Part shown: one piece after another, positions 10,298 to 21,447 of the stretch | How positions within the stretch are numbered: position 1 is the first letter of the stretch | Layout: every line of letters begins with the position of its first letter | Assembly: GCA_048938105.1 (NCBI GenBank) | Contig: JBHLMN010000001.1 | Span: 1 to 64,000, forward strand | Length of the DNA: 64,000 nt | Direction: 5' to 3' | From: Promethearchaeota archaeon | GTDB lineage: Archaea > Asgardarchaeota > Heimdallarchaeia > Hodarchaeales > Hodarchaeaceae | Notes under the pieces: generated by a model | Database searches by the model: none | What the model was told of the DNA's origin: nothing | What the model saw: only the letters and a program-made list of their open reading frames with translations | Translations under genes and position numbers: made by a program

Positions 10298-13200
10298 TCA
10301 TTTAGTCATTAATCGTAGAGATGATCCCTTTAATAAGCTTATAATCCCAGAGAGATAAGAAATAAGCTTATCATCTGTACTAGTAAAACCTAGGGTATCT
10401 GGTAATACTAGAACTGCACTCTCATCTTTAACAGCTAGAAGTCCTGATAATTTCATTGCTTTTGACTTGTAGAAATTAATATTAATTTGTTTTTCAACTT
10501 CTGAAGCCCACTTTTTACCTTTCTTAGTGAAATCAAAGTTTGTAATGATAAAAATGCGTTTTTCTGAAGGAATAGCCTTCAGATCAGCGACAGATAAGAA
10601 AGTAGGATTCGAAGTAACGATTGTTACTTGTTTGGATGATGTCGTAATTATATCTTGTATGAACTCATTTTTTGCTTCATCAGTAGCTAGTTTAATTAAA
10701 CGAATAGTATCTATTGGTTTCACACGGGAAAATTCAGTAGATAAAGCCTGTAAAGATTGAATTTGCTGCTTGTTTGTGTTTGATAAATTATCGAAAAGCT
10801 CATGAGATTTCTCAAGAACCTCAGAGAGTTGATTATCGAGTTCTTCCGTTAAAGCCTGAGTAGTCTGATTGGCCTTTCCTGCGAGCTCAAGCGAATTCTT
10901 ATTAAGATCAGTATTGTAAGAGTCAAGATTTGCATTCAGAGTCTTTCTAAAATCAGAACTTGTATTTTCAGCTGTTTCTGATAGCTCTTCTTTGAATTTC
11001 GTAAGCTGATCTAGTAATTTTGTACTCTGTTCCGAGATTATCGCTGACAACGTAGAAAATAAACTTTGGATCTGCTCCCGTGATTTTTCAACTTCTTTAA
11101 GGGTCATCTGGATGCTATCAGTTAAATCTAAGGATAATGCCTCAATTTCTTCGCTCGTTGATTGGGAAAATTTTCGTAACATTTCATTTATTTCATTTTT
11201 CATATCAGTAAAGTCGAGGTTCTGACTTTCTTCTTTCAGATATTTATGTAACTGACTAGTAAACGTGGTCTGTGAACTAGATATCAAATCTCCTAAATCC
11301 TCGAGATAAGAAGAAAGATCTTCCTCTGTTTGGGTATGAACTGCATCGAATGAAGTGACTAATTCTGGAACCATTTGTTGGTCAAATTGATCCATGTGTG
11401 ATTTTAAGCTATCAGAAATTGCTGATTTTAAACGTTTGTTTGCTAGTTTAACCTTCTCATGTATCTCACGTAAACCAAAAATGTCTTCCTTTGAGCCTTC
11501 AAGATCAAAGATCGTACTAAAAGAATGTATTGCTTGTTCAACGTTTGTTTTAACAATTACTTCTAAATTCTCAAGGTTTGCTTCAATAGATTTGTCAATA
11601 GCATCCGATATATCCTTTATCTTCGTTTTACTTTTTTGCAGCTCTTTATTCCAGCTATTGATAAGTTGAGTTAAACTTTCCTCCGTCTTTTCCTCTAGCT
11701 CATGATTTGAGCGTGAGCGTGCCTGAATCAAATCATCAAAAACCTGAGAAAATTCCTGAGTCAGTTCTGGAATTTTAACTTGGAATTCTTGATCTTGACG
11801 TGCACTAACATCTTTAATTCCAGTACTTAAACCTTTTACAGCTTCATTCAGCTCACTTTTTAAAATTTCTATTTCTTCTCGAACTGTTTTAGCAGAGTTT
11901 TCGATTTCTGACGTGACAAAACCCGTGGTAACACCAATTTGGTTTTCTAGGTCCGTTAAGGAATCTGTATAATATAGATCAATATCTTCTGTTAACTTGT
12001 CAAGACTATTGGTAGCACTTTGTAAAGAATCATTAACTAATATTGAAAGCTTATCTCCACTTTCCTGAACCTGTCGTATTAAATTATTAACTTCCCCAAA
12101 AGTAGACTCTGAATAACCACTATAATAAACTCCAAGTTTCTCCATAGCACCTTTTACTTTTTTATTCTGATTTGAAACTTCGGATTCTATCTGATCAATG
12201 AAAGTAAAAATATCATTAGTTCCTTTCTCTTGATATTTGTCAATACTCGATTGCTGAAGATCAACAACTTCATTTGTCATTCGGTTACTCTCATTGATAA
12301 AATTAGCTACAATTTTCTGACTTTCTTCGATTGTATTGCTTAAATCAGTTTTAAATTTCGAAAACTGTTCCACACTTAGTCCTGAAAATGAATCGATTAT
12401 TGTATTTAGGTTGATTTGCTGATTTTCACTATTCTTATTTATTTGATTAAGCTGATTCTCTAGTTCAATCGTGAATTCAGCTTTTATTTGGCTGAAACCC
12501 TCTTTAATGACATCAAGGGTTCTATCTAGATGACTCTGCAAAGTCGTATCTAGCTGAGTAATATATTCAGCAGAATCCTTTTGATTTTGTGTGAAGATTT
12601 GATCCACATCATTTTTCAATTGAGTGATTGAATTCTGAAGAGACGATTCAACATTTGATGTGATACTCTCAGTAGAAAGCCGTTCAATAATATCTCCAAA
12701 TCCTCCCTCCATTGTGCTTATAACCTGTTGAAAATTACGAGCTATAGCTTCAAGCTCTGTGTTCATAACTTTAGCTCTTTGTTCAAATCTATACTCTACC
12801 TTTTCCAAATATGCCTCTTGAAGATTTGAAACTATATTATTTAATTGTGTCGTGGAACTAATTACTTTCTGAATTTCATTTTGATTTTCTTCCATAATTT
12901 CCTGAAATGAGGTTTCAATTCTTTTCTGAGTACTTGTTAAAGAGCTATAGATATCTTTAATAGGGTCTAAAGATGATTCATTCATTCCTTCCTTAAGTTC
13001 CAAAACAGAATTGTTTAGAGAATTCTTTAACAACGTTTTAAAATGATTAGATTGCATAGGGATAGATATCAGTAAGTTTCCAAGCAATTGTACAATCGAT
13101 TGAGACAATCTTTGGAAGTGACTGACATCCATGTCTTTCCTCGCAATTGATTTTTCAATCATCGTGTGGAATGAAAGGATAAGTTCTTCGAATTCTTTAC

Positions 13201-14470
13201 TCTGTTTGATCAATCTATTTTTTGCAGAACGCCTAATTTCTTCCATGATGTCAGTAGCGGCTTTTTGGACACGACGATAATTTGTTTCTAATGTGTTCAA
13301 ATCTGCTGTTATATGTGCTTGTAATTGTCGCTTAAAAGTATCTGAAACTGTCGTTAATTTTTTCTCTGAGGACAACTTTGTCAGTTCTGTATTTAAAACC
13401 TCTAAAGGGGTTTTCTGTTCCTGAATCAACTCAGAAGAAGTTTCAACGAACTCTTTGAACTCAGTTTTTATTTGGTTTGAACTATTGGTAATCGCATTAT
13501 TAGTTTGATTTTTTACCTCTTCAACTGCTTGGTTAATTTCTGTATCTATTTCTTTGGCTAAATTTTCCACCACATTCTGTAAAGCTTTTGCTATCTCTTC
13601 TCCAAAGGTTATTTGTAATTTTTTAATTTCACTTAGAAATTCTTTTTCCTGTTTCCAAGACTCTTGTAAGCCTGTGTTAAAATTCGTCCTAAAATCCTCT
13701 GCAAAAGACTTTGAATTAGTAAAGAATTCTTGAATGTGATTCGTAGACTCCGCTTCTATTGCTGCAACAACATCAGATAATTGAGATTGTATGGATAATA
13801 TTCTATTTACAGTTATTTTTATGATTTCAGATAATTCTTTCTCATATTTGATAATAGACCCCTTAATAGTTCTTGTTCCTGTTTCAGGGATATTTTGGAA
13901 ACCATCAAGAACTTTAAGCCATTCTTTTTCGAAATTTGTTGACTCAGAAGATAAAGAGGTTTGAAATTCTGTTTGTAAATCAGTTGTACTTGTCGAAAAT
14001 GATGATAACATAGATTCTGTTATCTCTTCCATCCGCTTTAATCTCTGTTGTTCCGCTTCATCAAACTTTTCTTTTAAGGTCGTTTGTAGCATATTACTAG
14101 AATCTTTAAAACCCTCAAACTGTATTTCAAGGGTTTCACGGAGTTTTTTGCAGGTTTCATCAAAAGATTTTCTGTATCCTTGAAATTTTTCAGCTTGATC
14201 CTTTTTGTTTGTTTCAATCCCTATGATATTATCATTCAATAAGGCTAAAACGTTTTCTACTGGAAGAGATTGATAATATACTCCTGAATCTTCATCCAAT
14301 TGAATAAATCCTTTAGTAAGTAAGGTTGTAAGTGCTTGTTCTGCTTTCTCAACGTTTAAATCAGTTGCTAGTATTAATTCCTGCTTTGTCTGGTTACCAA
14401 GCTTTACCAATGATGAAAATACTTTGTTTTCCGTTTTTGATAACGAATATTCATTTTCAGATCCTGACAT
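10298..14470 (-). CDS. TrmB-like wHTH protein with ~1,200-aa alpha-helical insert and C-terminal TrmB effector/PLD-like domain
   Basis: N-terminal LSKTENKVFSSL...LTTLLTKGFI...YQSLP; long Q/E/S/L-rich amphipathic region; C-terminal IQDIITTSSKQVTIVT...LAVKDESAVLV. Confidence 0.7.
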   Translation of the reverse strand: MSGSENEYSLSKTENKVFSSLVKLGNQTKQELILATDLNVEKAEQALTTLLTKGFIQLDEDSGVYYQSLPVENVLALLNDNIIGIETNKKDQAEKFQGYRKSFDETCKKLRETLEIQFEGFKDSSNMLQTTLKEKFDEAEQQRLKRMEEITESMLSSFSTSTTDLQTEFQTSLSSESTNFEKEWLKVLDGFQNIPETGTRTIKGSIIKYEKELSEIIKITVNRILSIQSQLSDVVAAIEAESTNHIQEFFTNSKSFAEDFRTNFNTGLQESWKQEKEFLSEIKKLQITFGEEIAKALQNVVENLAKEIDTEINQAVEEVKNQTNNAITNSSNQIKTEFKEFVETSSELIQEQKTPLEVLNTELTKLSSEKKLTTVSDTFKRQLQAHITADLNTLETNYRRVQKAATDIMEEIRRSAKNRLIKQSKEFEELILSFHTMIEKSIARKDMDVSHFQRLSQSIVQLLGNLLISIPMQSNHFKTLLKNSLNNSVLELKEGMNESSLDPIKDIYSSLTSTQKRIETSFQEIMEENQNEIQKVISSTTQLNNIVSNLQEAYLEKVEYRFEQRAKVMNTELEAIARNFQQVISTMEGGFGDIIERLSTESITSNVESSLQNSITQLKNDVDQIFTQNQKDSAEYITQLDTTLQSHLDRTLDVIKEGFSQIKAEFTIELENQLNQINKNSENQQINLNTIIDSFSGLSVEQFSKFKTDLSNTIEESQKIVANFINESNRMTNEVVDLQQSSIDKYQEKGTNDIFTFIDQIESEVSNQNKKVKGAMEKLGVYYSGYSESTFGEVNNLIRQVQESGDKLSILVNDSLQSATNSLDKLTEDIDLYYTDSLTDLENQIGVTTGFVTSEIENSAKTVREEIEILKSELNEAVKGLSTGIKDVSARQDQEFQVKIPELTQEFSQVFDDLIQARSRSNHELEEKTEESLTQLINSWNKELQKSKTKIKDISDAIDKSIEANLENLEVIVKTNVEQAIHSFSTIFDLEGSKEDIFGLREIHEKVKLANKRLKSAISDSLKSHMDQFDQQMVPELVTSFDAVHTQTEEDLSSYLEDLGDLISSSQTTFTSQLHKYLKEESQNLDFTDMKNEINEMLRKFSQSTSEEIEALSLDLTDSIQMTLKEVEKSREQIQSLFSTLSAIISEQSTKLLDQLTKFKEELSETAENTSSDFRKTLNANLDSYNTDLNKNSLELAGKANQTTQALTEELDNQLSEVLEKSHELFDNLSNTNKQQIQSLQALSTEFSRVKPIDTIRLIKLATDEAKNEFIQDIITTSSKQVTIVTSNPTFLSVADLKAIPSEKRIFIITNFDFTKKGKKWASEVEKQININFYKSKAMKLSGLLAVKDESAVLVLPDTLGFTSTDDKLISYLSGIISLLKGSSLRLMTK

Positions 14471-14528
14471 TAAAAACTACACTCCTGGTTATTTTATTCT
14501 TACATTAATTTGATTAAACATTTGAACA

Positions 14529-15230
14529 CTAATCATATTCTCCAAAAATACGTCTTCCCACTCGAATCATTGTTGATCCTTCTTGAAGGGCTATAATATA
14601 ATCATTGCTCATACCCATTGATAATACTTTCATCTCAATATTCGAAGGAAGCATATCAAATTTCAGTATATTTTCATAAAGTATTCGCATACGTTTAAAG
14701 TAATTACGAGTATCTTCTGGTGAAAGGTAAGGAGCTATTGCCATAAGTCCTTGAATCCTTAAATGGGAAAAAGAACCTATTTCAAGTAAAACATCCTTTA
14801 TCACGTCCTCACTAGGAGAAAAACCAAATTTAGAGCCATTTTGACAAATATCTATTTGTAGGAGGCATTTAACAGTGATGTTTTCATTTGACGCTCGCTT
14901 TTCGATCTCTTCAGCTAAAGACAACCTATCAAGGGAATGTATCAATGAGAATTTCCCAATAATCTTCTTGACTTTATTTCTCTGAAGGTGCCCAATGAAG
15001 TGCCAATTGGCTTTAGTGGCACCACATACTTCTATCTTTTTAAGGGCTTCTTGAACACGATTCTCCCCAATGATTGGTTTATCTAATCGATTTATAATTC
15101 TTGATACTAACTCAGCAGGTTGATCTTTGGTAACCATGACCAATCGGGGGCATTCTTTGCCATGTACATATTTCTGCAACAATGAGAGGATATTATGATA
15201 ATTCTTGATTATTTGGTCTTCTCCAATCAC
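14529..15230 (-). CDS. yggS: YggS family PLP homeostasis protein
   Basis: VTK, GENRVQE, WHFIGHLQRNK, SMGMSNDY, GSTMIRVG. Confidence 0.95.
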   Translation of the reverse strand: MIGEDQIIKNYHNILSLLQKYVHGKECPRLVMVTKDQPAELVSRIINRLDKPIIGENRVQEALKKIEVCGATKANWHFIGHLQRNKVKKIIGKFSLIHSLDRLSLAEEIEKRASNENITVKCLLQIDICQNGSKFGFSPSEDVIKDVLLEIGSFSHLRIQGLMAIAPYLSPEDTRNYFKRMRILYENILKFDMLPSNIEMKVLSMGMSNDYIIALQEGSTMIRVGRRIFGEYD

Positions 15231-15371
15231 GATTGAACCCTACTACTTCAACTAATCAACAATATTTCGGGGGTATACATGAAATTACTTATCAACTGAC
15301 TCATCTCAAAAATAGATAAAGAGTCTTTCAATGTTGCTTATTAAAGAGTTTCTCGACAGGAGAAGAACCCT

Positions 15372-16511
15372 ATGAAATATATCGCACAACCACAAGTTTC
15401 AGAAGAAGAAATTTCCCTAGTCGCACAAACAATCAGATCGAAAAGCTTTGTGGAAGGGGAGAATGCTCGAACACTTGAAAAAGAGTTTGCAGAATTTGTT
15501 GGGGCTAAACATGCCATTTGTACTGTCAATGGGACTGCTGCATTACATTTGGCTATGGAAGGATTGAATATTCCTCCCGGTGCAGAAGTTATTACCTCTG
15601 CTTTTACGTTCATTGCATCCGCTAATGCTATTTGTTTCGGAGGAGGAATCCCAATCTTTGCTGATATTCGTACTTCCAGTTTTAATATCGACCCTGAAAA
15701 GATCCAGGCCCTTATTACTCCCAAAACAAAATGCATAATGCCTGTTCATATTTTTGGTCTACCTGCTGACATGAAAGCTATCTTAGATATAGCAAAAGAT
15801 AATAACCTGGCTATAATTGAAGATGCGTGTCAAGCTCATGGGAGCCGTATAGATGGAAAACATGCTGGTACCTTTGGGGATATTGGTTGTTTTTCCTTTT
15901 ATGCAACGAAAAATATGATCAGTGGTGAGGGAGGTATGATTGTCACTAATAACGACGAAATTGCCACACGAATACGAAGCCTTAAGAATCATGGCCGTGG
16001 GCCGAGTGGAGGATATCATCATCACCTTATTGCTTATAATTATCGGCTTGCAGATCCTTTGGCAGCCATTGGCTTAATTCAGCTCCGAAAACTTCCTAAA
16101 ATGTTGGAACAAAGGCGAAAAAATGCTGAAATGATTAGAAGCACGATAATGGGGCTTGACTCCCTTAGAGTTCAGGAGATCCCTGTAGGAGTTACTCACG
16201 GACATTATGTCTGTGCACCTGTGATCGAAAATCCTAAATTTTCAGTTGATGAAGTTATTAAAAAGTTACAAAATTTAGGTATAGGATCTAGAAGGATCTA
16301 TTCTGTTCCTTGCCATCAACAACCAACATATCTGGATGGAATCAAACGCTGGCGATGGAATAAATTTGTAAATTATCCTGATTACTCTAAGGTCAGTCTT
16401 CCTGTGACTGAAAAGATTGCACGATCTCATTTTGAAGTTCCTATCCATCCTGGAGTAAACTCTGAAGAGATTGTTGTAATTCAAAACGCGTTAGAAAAAA
16501 TCTTCTCATAG
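15372..16511 (+). CDS. DegT/DnrJ/EryC1/StrS family nucleotide-sugar aminotransferase
   Basis: NGTAALH, EDACQAHG, FSFYATKN (PLP lysine), GEGG. Confidence 0.95.
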   Translation: MKYIAQPQVSEEEISLVAQTIRSKSFVEGENARTLEKEFAEFVGAKHAICTVNGTAALHLAMEGLNIPPGAEVITSAFTFIASANAICFGGGIPIFADIRTSSFNIDPEKIQALITPKTKCIMPVHIFGLPADMKAILDIAKDNNLAIIEDACQAHGSRIDGKHAGTFGDIGCFSFYATKNMISGEGGMIVTNNDEIATRIRSLKNHGRGPSGGYHHHLIAYNYRLADPLAAIGLIQLRKLPKMLEQRRKNAEMIRSTIMGLDSLRVQEIPVGVTHGHYVCAPVIENPKFSVDEVIKKLQNLGIGSRRIYSVPCHQQPTYLDGIKRWRWNKFVNYPDYSKVSLPVTEKIARSHFEVPIHPGVNSEEIVVIQNALEKIFS

Positions 16512-16610
16512 AGGACTATTCTATCTGAAAGAAGAAGAAATAGAATACTCTGAAAAAGACAGACTTGTAATGTGAATAGGAAAGTAAAATATTGAAATGA
16601 TTAGTTAAAT

Positions 16611-17666
16611 TCAACTTACATAACCGGGCATCCAATCTAATAAGTAATCTCTTCCGATTTCTCTAAATTCTCGTTTTATTTGATCAATTTTTGTGAAAAA
16701 TCCTTCTCGCATGGACTCGAGTTGAAGATTCGCAAGAATTTTATTTAACTTAGGTTGAATGTTTTTAATGCCTGCAATCATGTTAAAATACTTATCTATC
16801 TTCTTTTCAGTTAATAATTCATTGTTATAGAGCTGAATTTGGGTGGATAATCCACCAGAAAGAATTTTAAGTCCTTCATATTTGTTAAAACTATTTGGAT
16901 CATTACATGAAGCCAATAATTGATCAAAGCATTCTTTATTGGGTAAGAATACATTTCTTGCTAGAACACCACGAAGGTACATCTGTGTGGTTCTTTTTGC
17001 GAGAATGATCGAGAAGGGAATCGAGGTCATGAACTCTGTCATTCGCATCTTTTCGCTATCCAAGATAGAACCTGATACATCTTGAGCTTTCTCATATAGA
17101 TCTAATGGCAAGACAATACCTGTGATTTCACGATAATCGGTTACGATAGATTTTGGTCCTAACTGGAATTTCACCCAGTAGATCCCTAGTCCAGTTATAA
17201 GAAAGAACGGTTCCCCTGTTGTTTCTTCAAACCCCGATAACGCAAGATCAGGTAAAAACACAATTGTATCTTGAAAGATTTTTTGCACTGGTTGATTTAA
17301 ATAAAATCCATTGAAACGCGACCCAAGCAGTTTTCGCCATGAAGGAATAAACAGAAGCTGATCTAAAACCCCAAAGACGGATTCTCGTAGTTCAACAGTT
17401 GATTTATCAATTTCTTTAATACGTTGGTCTATTTTGTCGAAAATAGATTGTTTATTATAAACCCCGACACGATAGGGGTAATCATGATCTTCTTGAAAAC
17501 GTTTGAATTCACGAATTGAGACTCCGGTAATCTCCTCCAAATCAGCATATGATAATTCTCGTTCATAATAAGCTTTGAGTCCCTCAAGGATTCTCTTCTC
17601 GCGTTCAAATTGAGATATTTTCTCTTTGATCTCTTTTTCGCGTTGAGACATACATATTCTTTCCAA
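16611..17666 (-). CDS. Hypothetical protein with N-terminal HTH (UPF0175-like)
   Basis: YYERELSYADLEEITGVSIREF helix-turn-helix pattern. Confidence 0.65.
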   Translation of the reverse strand: MERICMSQREKEIKEKISQFEREKRILEGLKAYYERELSYADLEEITGVSIREFKRFQEDHDYPYRVGVYNKQSIFDKIDQRIKEIDKSTVELRESVFGVLDQLLFIPSWRKLLGSRFNGFYLNQPVQKIFQDTIVFLPDLALSGFEETTGEPFFLITGLGIYWVKFQLGPKSIVTDYREITGIVLPLDLYEKAQDVSGSILDSEKMRMTEFMTSIPFSIILAKRTTQMYLRGVLARNVFLPNKECFDQLLASCNDPNSFNKYEGLKILSGGLSTQIQLYNNELLTEKKIDKYFNMIAGIKNIQPKLNKILANLQLESMREGFFTKIDQIKREFREIGRDYLLDWMPGYVS

Positions 17667-17861
17667 AAACTTAGAGTGTAGGGGGATTTTTTTTTTATTT
17701 ATATCAAGTTGGCTTAATATTGAGACTTATCCATAAGATTAAGGGGTTTCTTTTTAACTAAGTTTAGGATATTCGATTAAACCAAAGCTGTTACTAATTT
17801 TCTTTCTTTTAACCTTATCTAAATTAAAAGACCAGATAAATCAGTCCTATTAGAAATTAAA

Positions 17862-18911
17862 TTATATTAAAACAAAAGCTTTTAATTCTTCCCAAATCTC
17901 TGATGCTCGTTTAGGAGTAGCAACACCACGAATCAATACATTTCCTCCCTTGAAAATCGTTATTAAGATGTTATTTGGCAATAAAAGAGTGAGAGAATGA
18001 GTACCCACTTTTTTTATTTTATAATTTCCTTCCAATTGAGATTTAGTTTGAATTATGTCGAATTTTAAGTTCATTTGAGGAACTAACATGAAATTATTTC
18101 CTCCACAAATATCTAATGGAATCCATCCTTTAATAGGTGTTATAAGTGTATTTTCTGATGTTTCTGAACAAACGGGACAAGTAGGATTTTTTTGAATGGG
18201 AATCTTATCGAAGCTAAGACTCTTTAGATCAACAAATAATAAAGATCCATTTAATGTTGATTCACCATTAAATATTATTTCTACTGCTTCATGAACCTGA
18301 ATACCTGTTAAAATTGGAAGTATTGCGGGATGAATCCCTGTAATATCGCAAGATTCTAATTCATTATCGTTAACCCCATGATATAAACAGGAAAAGCACG
18401 GAGATCGCTTAGTCAAATTAAATACCGTAATATTCCCAGAACGGGCACTAACACCACAAAAAATGAAGGGGATTCCTTTCTGAATACATGCTTTATTGAT
18501 AATGCGTCGAGTTTCAAAATTATCTAGTGCATCAATGACAATGTCAATCCCGTCCAAAAGATCATCAATGTTCGCATTTCCGATATGACATGCATGAGTA
18601 TCAACAGTCATCGATGGATTCAATTGCTTGAGCCGATCTGCTGCAACTTCTACTTTTGCATGGTCTAAATCATTATTAGTATATAATGGCGTTCTATGGA
18701 GATTTGTACGCTCCACAATATCGCGATCGACTATTCTTAAATAGCCAACACCCATTTCAGCTAACAAAAGACTAGAAAACGTCCCTAGGCCACCAACACC
18801 AACCACTAAAATCCGAGCTTGTTTGATTTTTACCTGTCCTATATCACCAAAATCTGTCATAACAATCTGTCTTGCATAACGAAGCTTTTCAATATCTGAT
18901 AGATCGTCCAT
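17862..18911 (-). CDS. ThiF/MoeB/HesA (E1-like) adenylyltransferase
   Basis: RYARQ, GVGGLG, DRD.VE.TNLHR, two CxxC Zn pairs, catalytic-position Cys (SCDITG). Confidence 0.93.
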   Translation of the reverse strand: MDDLSDIEKLRYARQIVMTDFGDIGQVKIKQARILVVGVGGLGTFSSLLLAEMGVGYLRIVDRDIVERTNLHRTPLYTNNDLDHAKVEVAADRLKQLNPSMTVDTHACHIGNANIDDLLDGIDIVIDALDNFETRRIINKACIQKGIPFIFCGVSARSGNITVFNLTKRSPCFSCLYHGVNDNELESCDITGIHPAILPILTGIQVHEAVEIIFNGESTLNGSLLFVDLKSLSFDKIPIQKNPTCPVCSETSENTLITPIKGWIPLDICGGNNFMLVPQMNLKFDIIQTKSQLEGNYKIKKVGTHSLTLLLPNNILITIFKGGNVLIRGVATPKRASEIWEELKAFVLI

Positions 18912-18996
18912 CTTAAACGCTCTTCCACCTTAAGTTTTAACGGGGAATTAAAATAAATCCTTGATGTGGGGGGTCTAAAACTAATATTGAAAAATC

Positions 18997-21432
18997 TTAT
19001 TCTCCTGTTAATAAAGTTGAGTTCGATTCTATTTTCCTCCAAAATTGTGTTACTTCTAGTTCTAGATTGTGACATATTAATTCTTTTGGGTTTTTTTGAT
19101 AATAATATGGAGGGAAATAGTTTGCATAGTGAAGAGAAGCAAAGCGACGGCCAACAAAGATGATTATACCACGATCAGAAGATGTACGAATTAATCTGCC
19201 TGCAGCTTGGAAAGTTCGTGTTAATCCTGGAAACTGATAAGCATAAGCAAAACCATTGCTAAATCTCTCTTCATAGTATTGTTTGAGTAATTCTTGTTCA
19301 AAAGTTACGGTAGGTAAGCTAGGCCCAATTACTATAACTCCATCTAAAATGCCTGGAAAATCAATTCCCTCTGCGAAAATCCCAGCCGTAACAGCTATGG
19401 CTAGTACATAAGGAGAGGTTTCCAATGTATGAATAAAATCTTGACGATCAGTTTCTTGCATCGTGGGATCTTGTCTTAAAATTAATAAATCTGAACTAGG
19501 TGTTAAAAATCTAGCTACTTTTTTTGCAAATTTAAACGAGGGAAAGAAAGCAAAATACTTACCTTTTTTTATTTGCAATACTCTTTGGATTAACTCAGCA
19601 ATTTCCTCGTAATAATACTGCCTTTTTTGATATCGTGTATCAATATTAGGTAACACAATGATTTTACGATTTTTAGGTGAAAAAGGTGATGGAAAACGTT
19701 CATATACAGTTTTATCAATGGGAAATCCCAATAAATCGCGATAAAATGGGAACGGAGTAAGAGTTGCAGATATTGCAATTGATGACTTGAAAAAATTCAA
19801 GCGTTGTTGAAGAAATGGAGAGGCATCTTTACATAGTATTTTAATTTTTCCTTCATTAGAGTAGTACAAGATTGAAAACTCTTCAGCATTTTGTGCTAGT
19901 GCTGCGGTTTCTACAAACTCACGGAGATGATAAAAAAAGCTAAGAACGGGATCATCAGGCCAAAAGAGCTCCTTTTCCACTAAAAACTGCACATACTGGG
20001 TCACCGCTTCTTCAAACTGAAGAATAATCTCCTGAAATGACGTGAGGTTGATGTCCTTTAGAACATGAGTAGAAAAATCAGTACTTTGTTTAGTTCGAAG
20101 ATTTCGAAAAATTCTATCTAATTTCAAGGGGATAAACTCAGGTAATTGAATACCCTTAACCTTCTTTTTCAGTTGCTGCATCGATCGTTTAAAGACGAAT
20201 ACTTCTCCTTGAGTTAAAGCGTGAGAATAATAAGATAAGCTCCTAGACACTAAATTATGAGCTTCATCAATTATTAAATAAAACGAGGATTTTTTCTGGC
20301 GAGGATCCCCAAAAAAACGTTGTAATGATACTCGAGGATGGAATACATAATTATAATCCCCAATAATGATATCTGCTTCTAAAGATATGTCTAAGGATAA
20401 TTCAAAGGGACAAAACGCTTCTGTAGTCAAAGCTTCTCTTTCGATAGATTCTGGATCTATTACACCTCGCTGTTGGATAAATCTTTGTAGAATCTCGTCA
20501 GGATAACGCTGAGTATAATTTTTCAGGAACGGACAATAATCTTCATGGCAGAAATAAATCGAATTCGGACACATCTTTTCTTTTGCCTTTAGTGTTAGAG
20601 CTAGAAACTCTACTCCCTGTTTATAAAACAACTCGAGAGTTTTTTCCACTACATGTCGCTGGGTAGCCTTTGCAGTTAAAAAAAAGATCTTTGTATCCTC
20701 AAGGATGGCTTTAGGAATTAGTGGATAAAGTGAAACCACTGTTTTCCCCAGACCACTAGGAGCTTCCATTAGAAAACATAATTTTTTGTCCACAATTTCC
20801 TTAATATGTTTGACAATTTCTTTTTGATATTTTCGATAATGAAACGGAAAGCGTAAATGAGATAGTGATTCAACCTTTTTCTTAAGACGAAGTTGTTTAT
20901 CCTCTTCAGCAATAATAAGTTGTGCTATTTTCTTGATGATAAATTCAGACATATCTTGATACGGGATAGGGATAACATGTTGTTTATTATCAAAACGATT
21001 AACTAGAATTAACTGTAATGATAACGAAGGATTGCCAGTTTCAATTTGGCTTAGCATCCATGCATAACACTGAAGTTGTAACCTGAATGGTTTGATTCGT
21101 GGGTCGTCAGGGGAACCAGAAAACTGTTTCAAAAAAATTGACTTTATTTCTTCAATTTGAATGGATTCAGATGAACGAACGAGTAGATCTATCCTACCAC
21201 GAATAACAATCTGCCAATCATGAATTGAGAACTGATATTTAATGAAATATTCGGTCTGATAATTAGGGTTTACCCTTTGTTTTTGTGTCTGAATCTCCTG
21301 ATGAATCTCCTGCCCGATCTCTGCATTTTTAAATGAAAATTGAGTTCTAGTTAACCTAGGGATGCCTAGGAATGAAAGGTCTCTTACACTGAGCCGTAGT
21401 TTTTTCTTTTTATAATTAATCTGGATAGTCAA
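18997..21432 (-). CDS. XPD/Rad3/DinG-family Fe-S helicase with N-terminal PD-(D/E)xK (Cas4/RecB-like) nuclease
   Basis: GRIDL...EEIKS, QLQCYA; Walker A APSGLGKT; four Fe-S Cys; DEAH; QAAGRLIR. Confidence 0.9.
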   Translation of the reverse strand: MTIQINYKKKKLRLSVRDLSFLGIPRLTRTQFSFKNAEIGQEIHQEIQTQKQRVNPNYQTEYFIKYQFSIHDWQIVIRGRIDLLVRSSESIQIEEIKSIFLKQFSGSPDDPRIKPFRLQLQCYAWMLSQIETGNPSLSLQLILVNRFDNKQHVIPIPYQDMSEFIIKKIAQLIIAEEDKQLRLKKKVESLSHLRFPFHYRKYQKEIVKHIKEIVDKKLCFLMEAPSGLGKTVVSLYPLIPKAILEDTKIFFLTAKATQRHVVEKTLELFYKQGVEFLALTLKAKEKMCPNSIYFCHEDYCPFLKNYTQRYPDEILQRFIQQRGVIDPESIEREALTTEAFCPFELSLDISLEADIIIGDYNYVFHPRVSLQRFFGDPRQKKSSFYLIIDEAHNLVSRSLSYYSHALTQGEVFVFKRSMQQLKKKVKGIQLPEFIPLKLDRIFRNLRTKQSTDFSTHVLKDINLTSFQEIILQFEEAVTQYVQFLVEKELFWPDDPVLSFFYHLREFVETAALAQNAEEFSILYYSNEGKIKILCKDASPFLQQRLNFFKSSIAISATLTPFPFYRDLLGFPIDKTVYERFPSPFSPKNRKIIVLPNIDTRYQKRQYYYEEIAELIQRVLQIKKGKYFAFFPSFKFAKKVARFLTPSSDLLILRQDPTMQETDRQDFIHTLETSPYVLAIAVTAGIFAEGIDFPGILDGVIVIGPSLPTVTFEQELLKQYYEERFSNGFAYAYQFPGLTRTFQAAGRLIRTSSDRGIIIFVGRRFASLHYANYFPPYYYQKNPKELICHNLELEVTQFWRKIESNSTLLTGE

Positions 21433-21447
21433 GGCAAGATCCCATAG

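Noticed and set aside
10298-14470. SMC/Rad50 or chemoreceptor call for the long helical protein
   Set aside because: No Walker A/B, signature or hinge motif, no TM and no MCP hairpin motif
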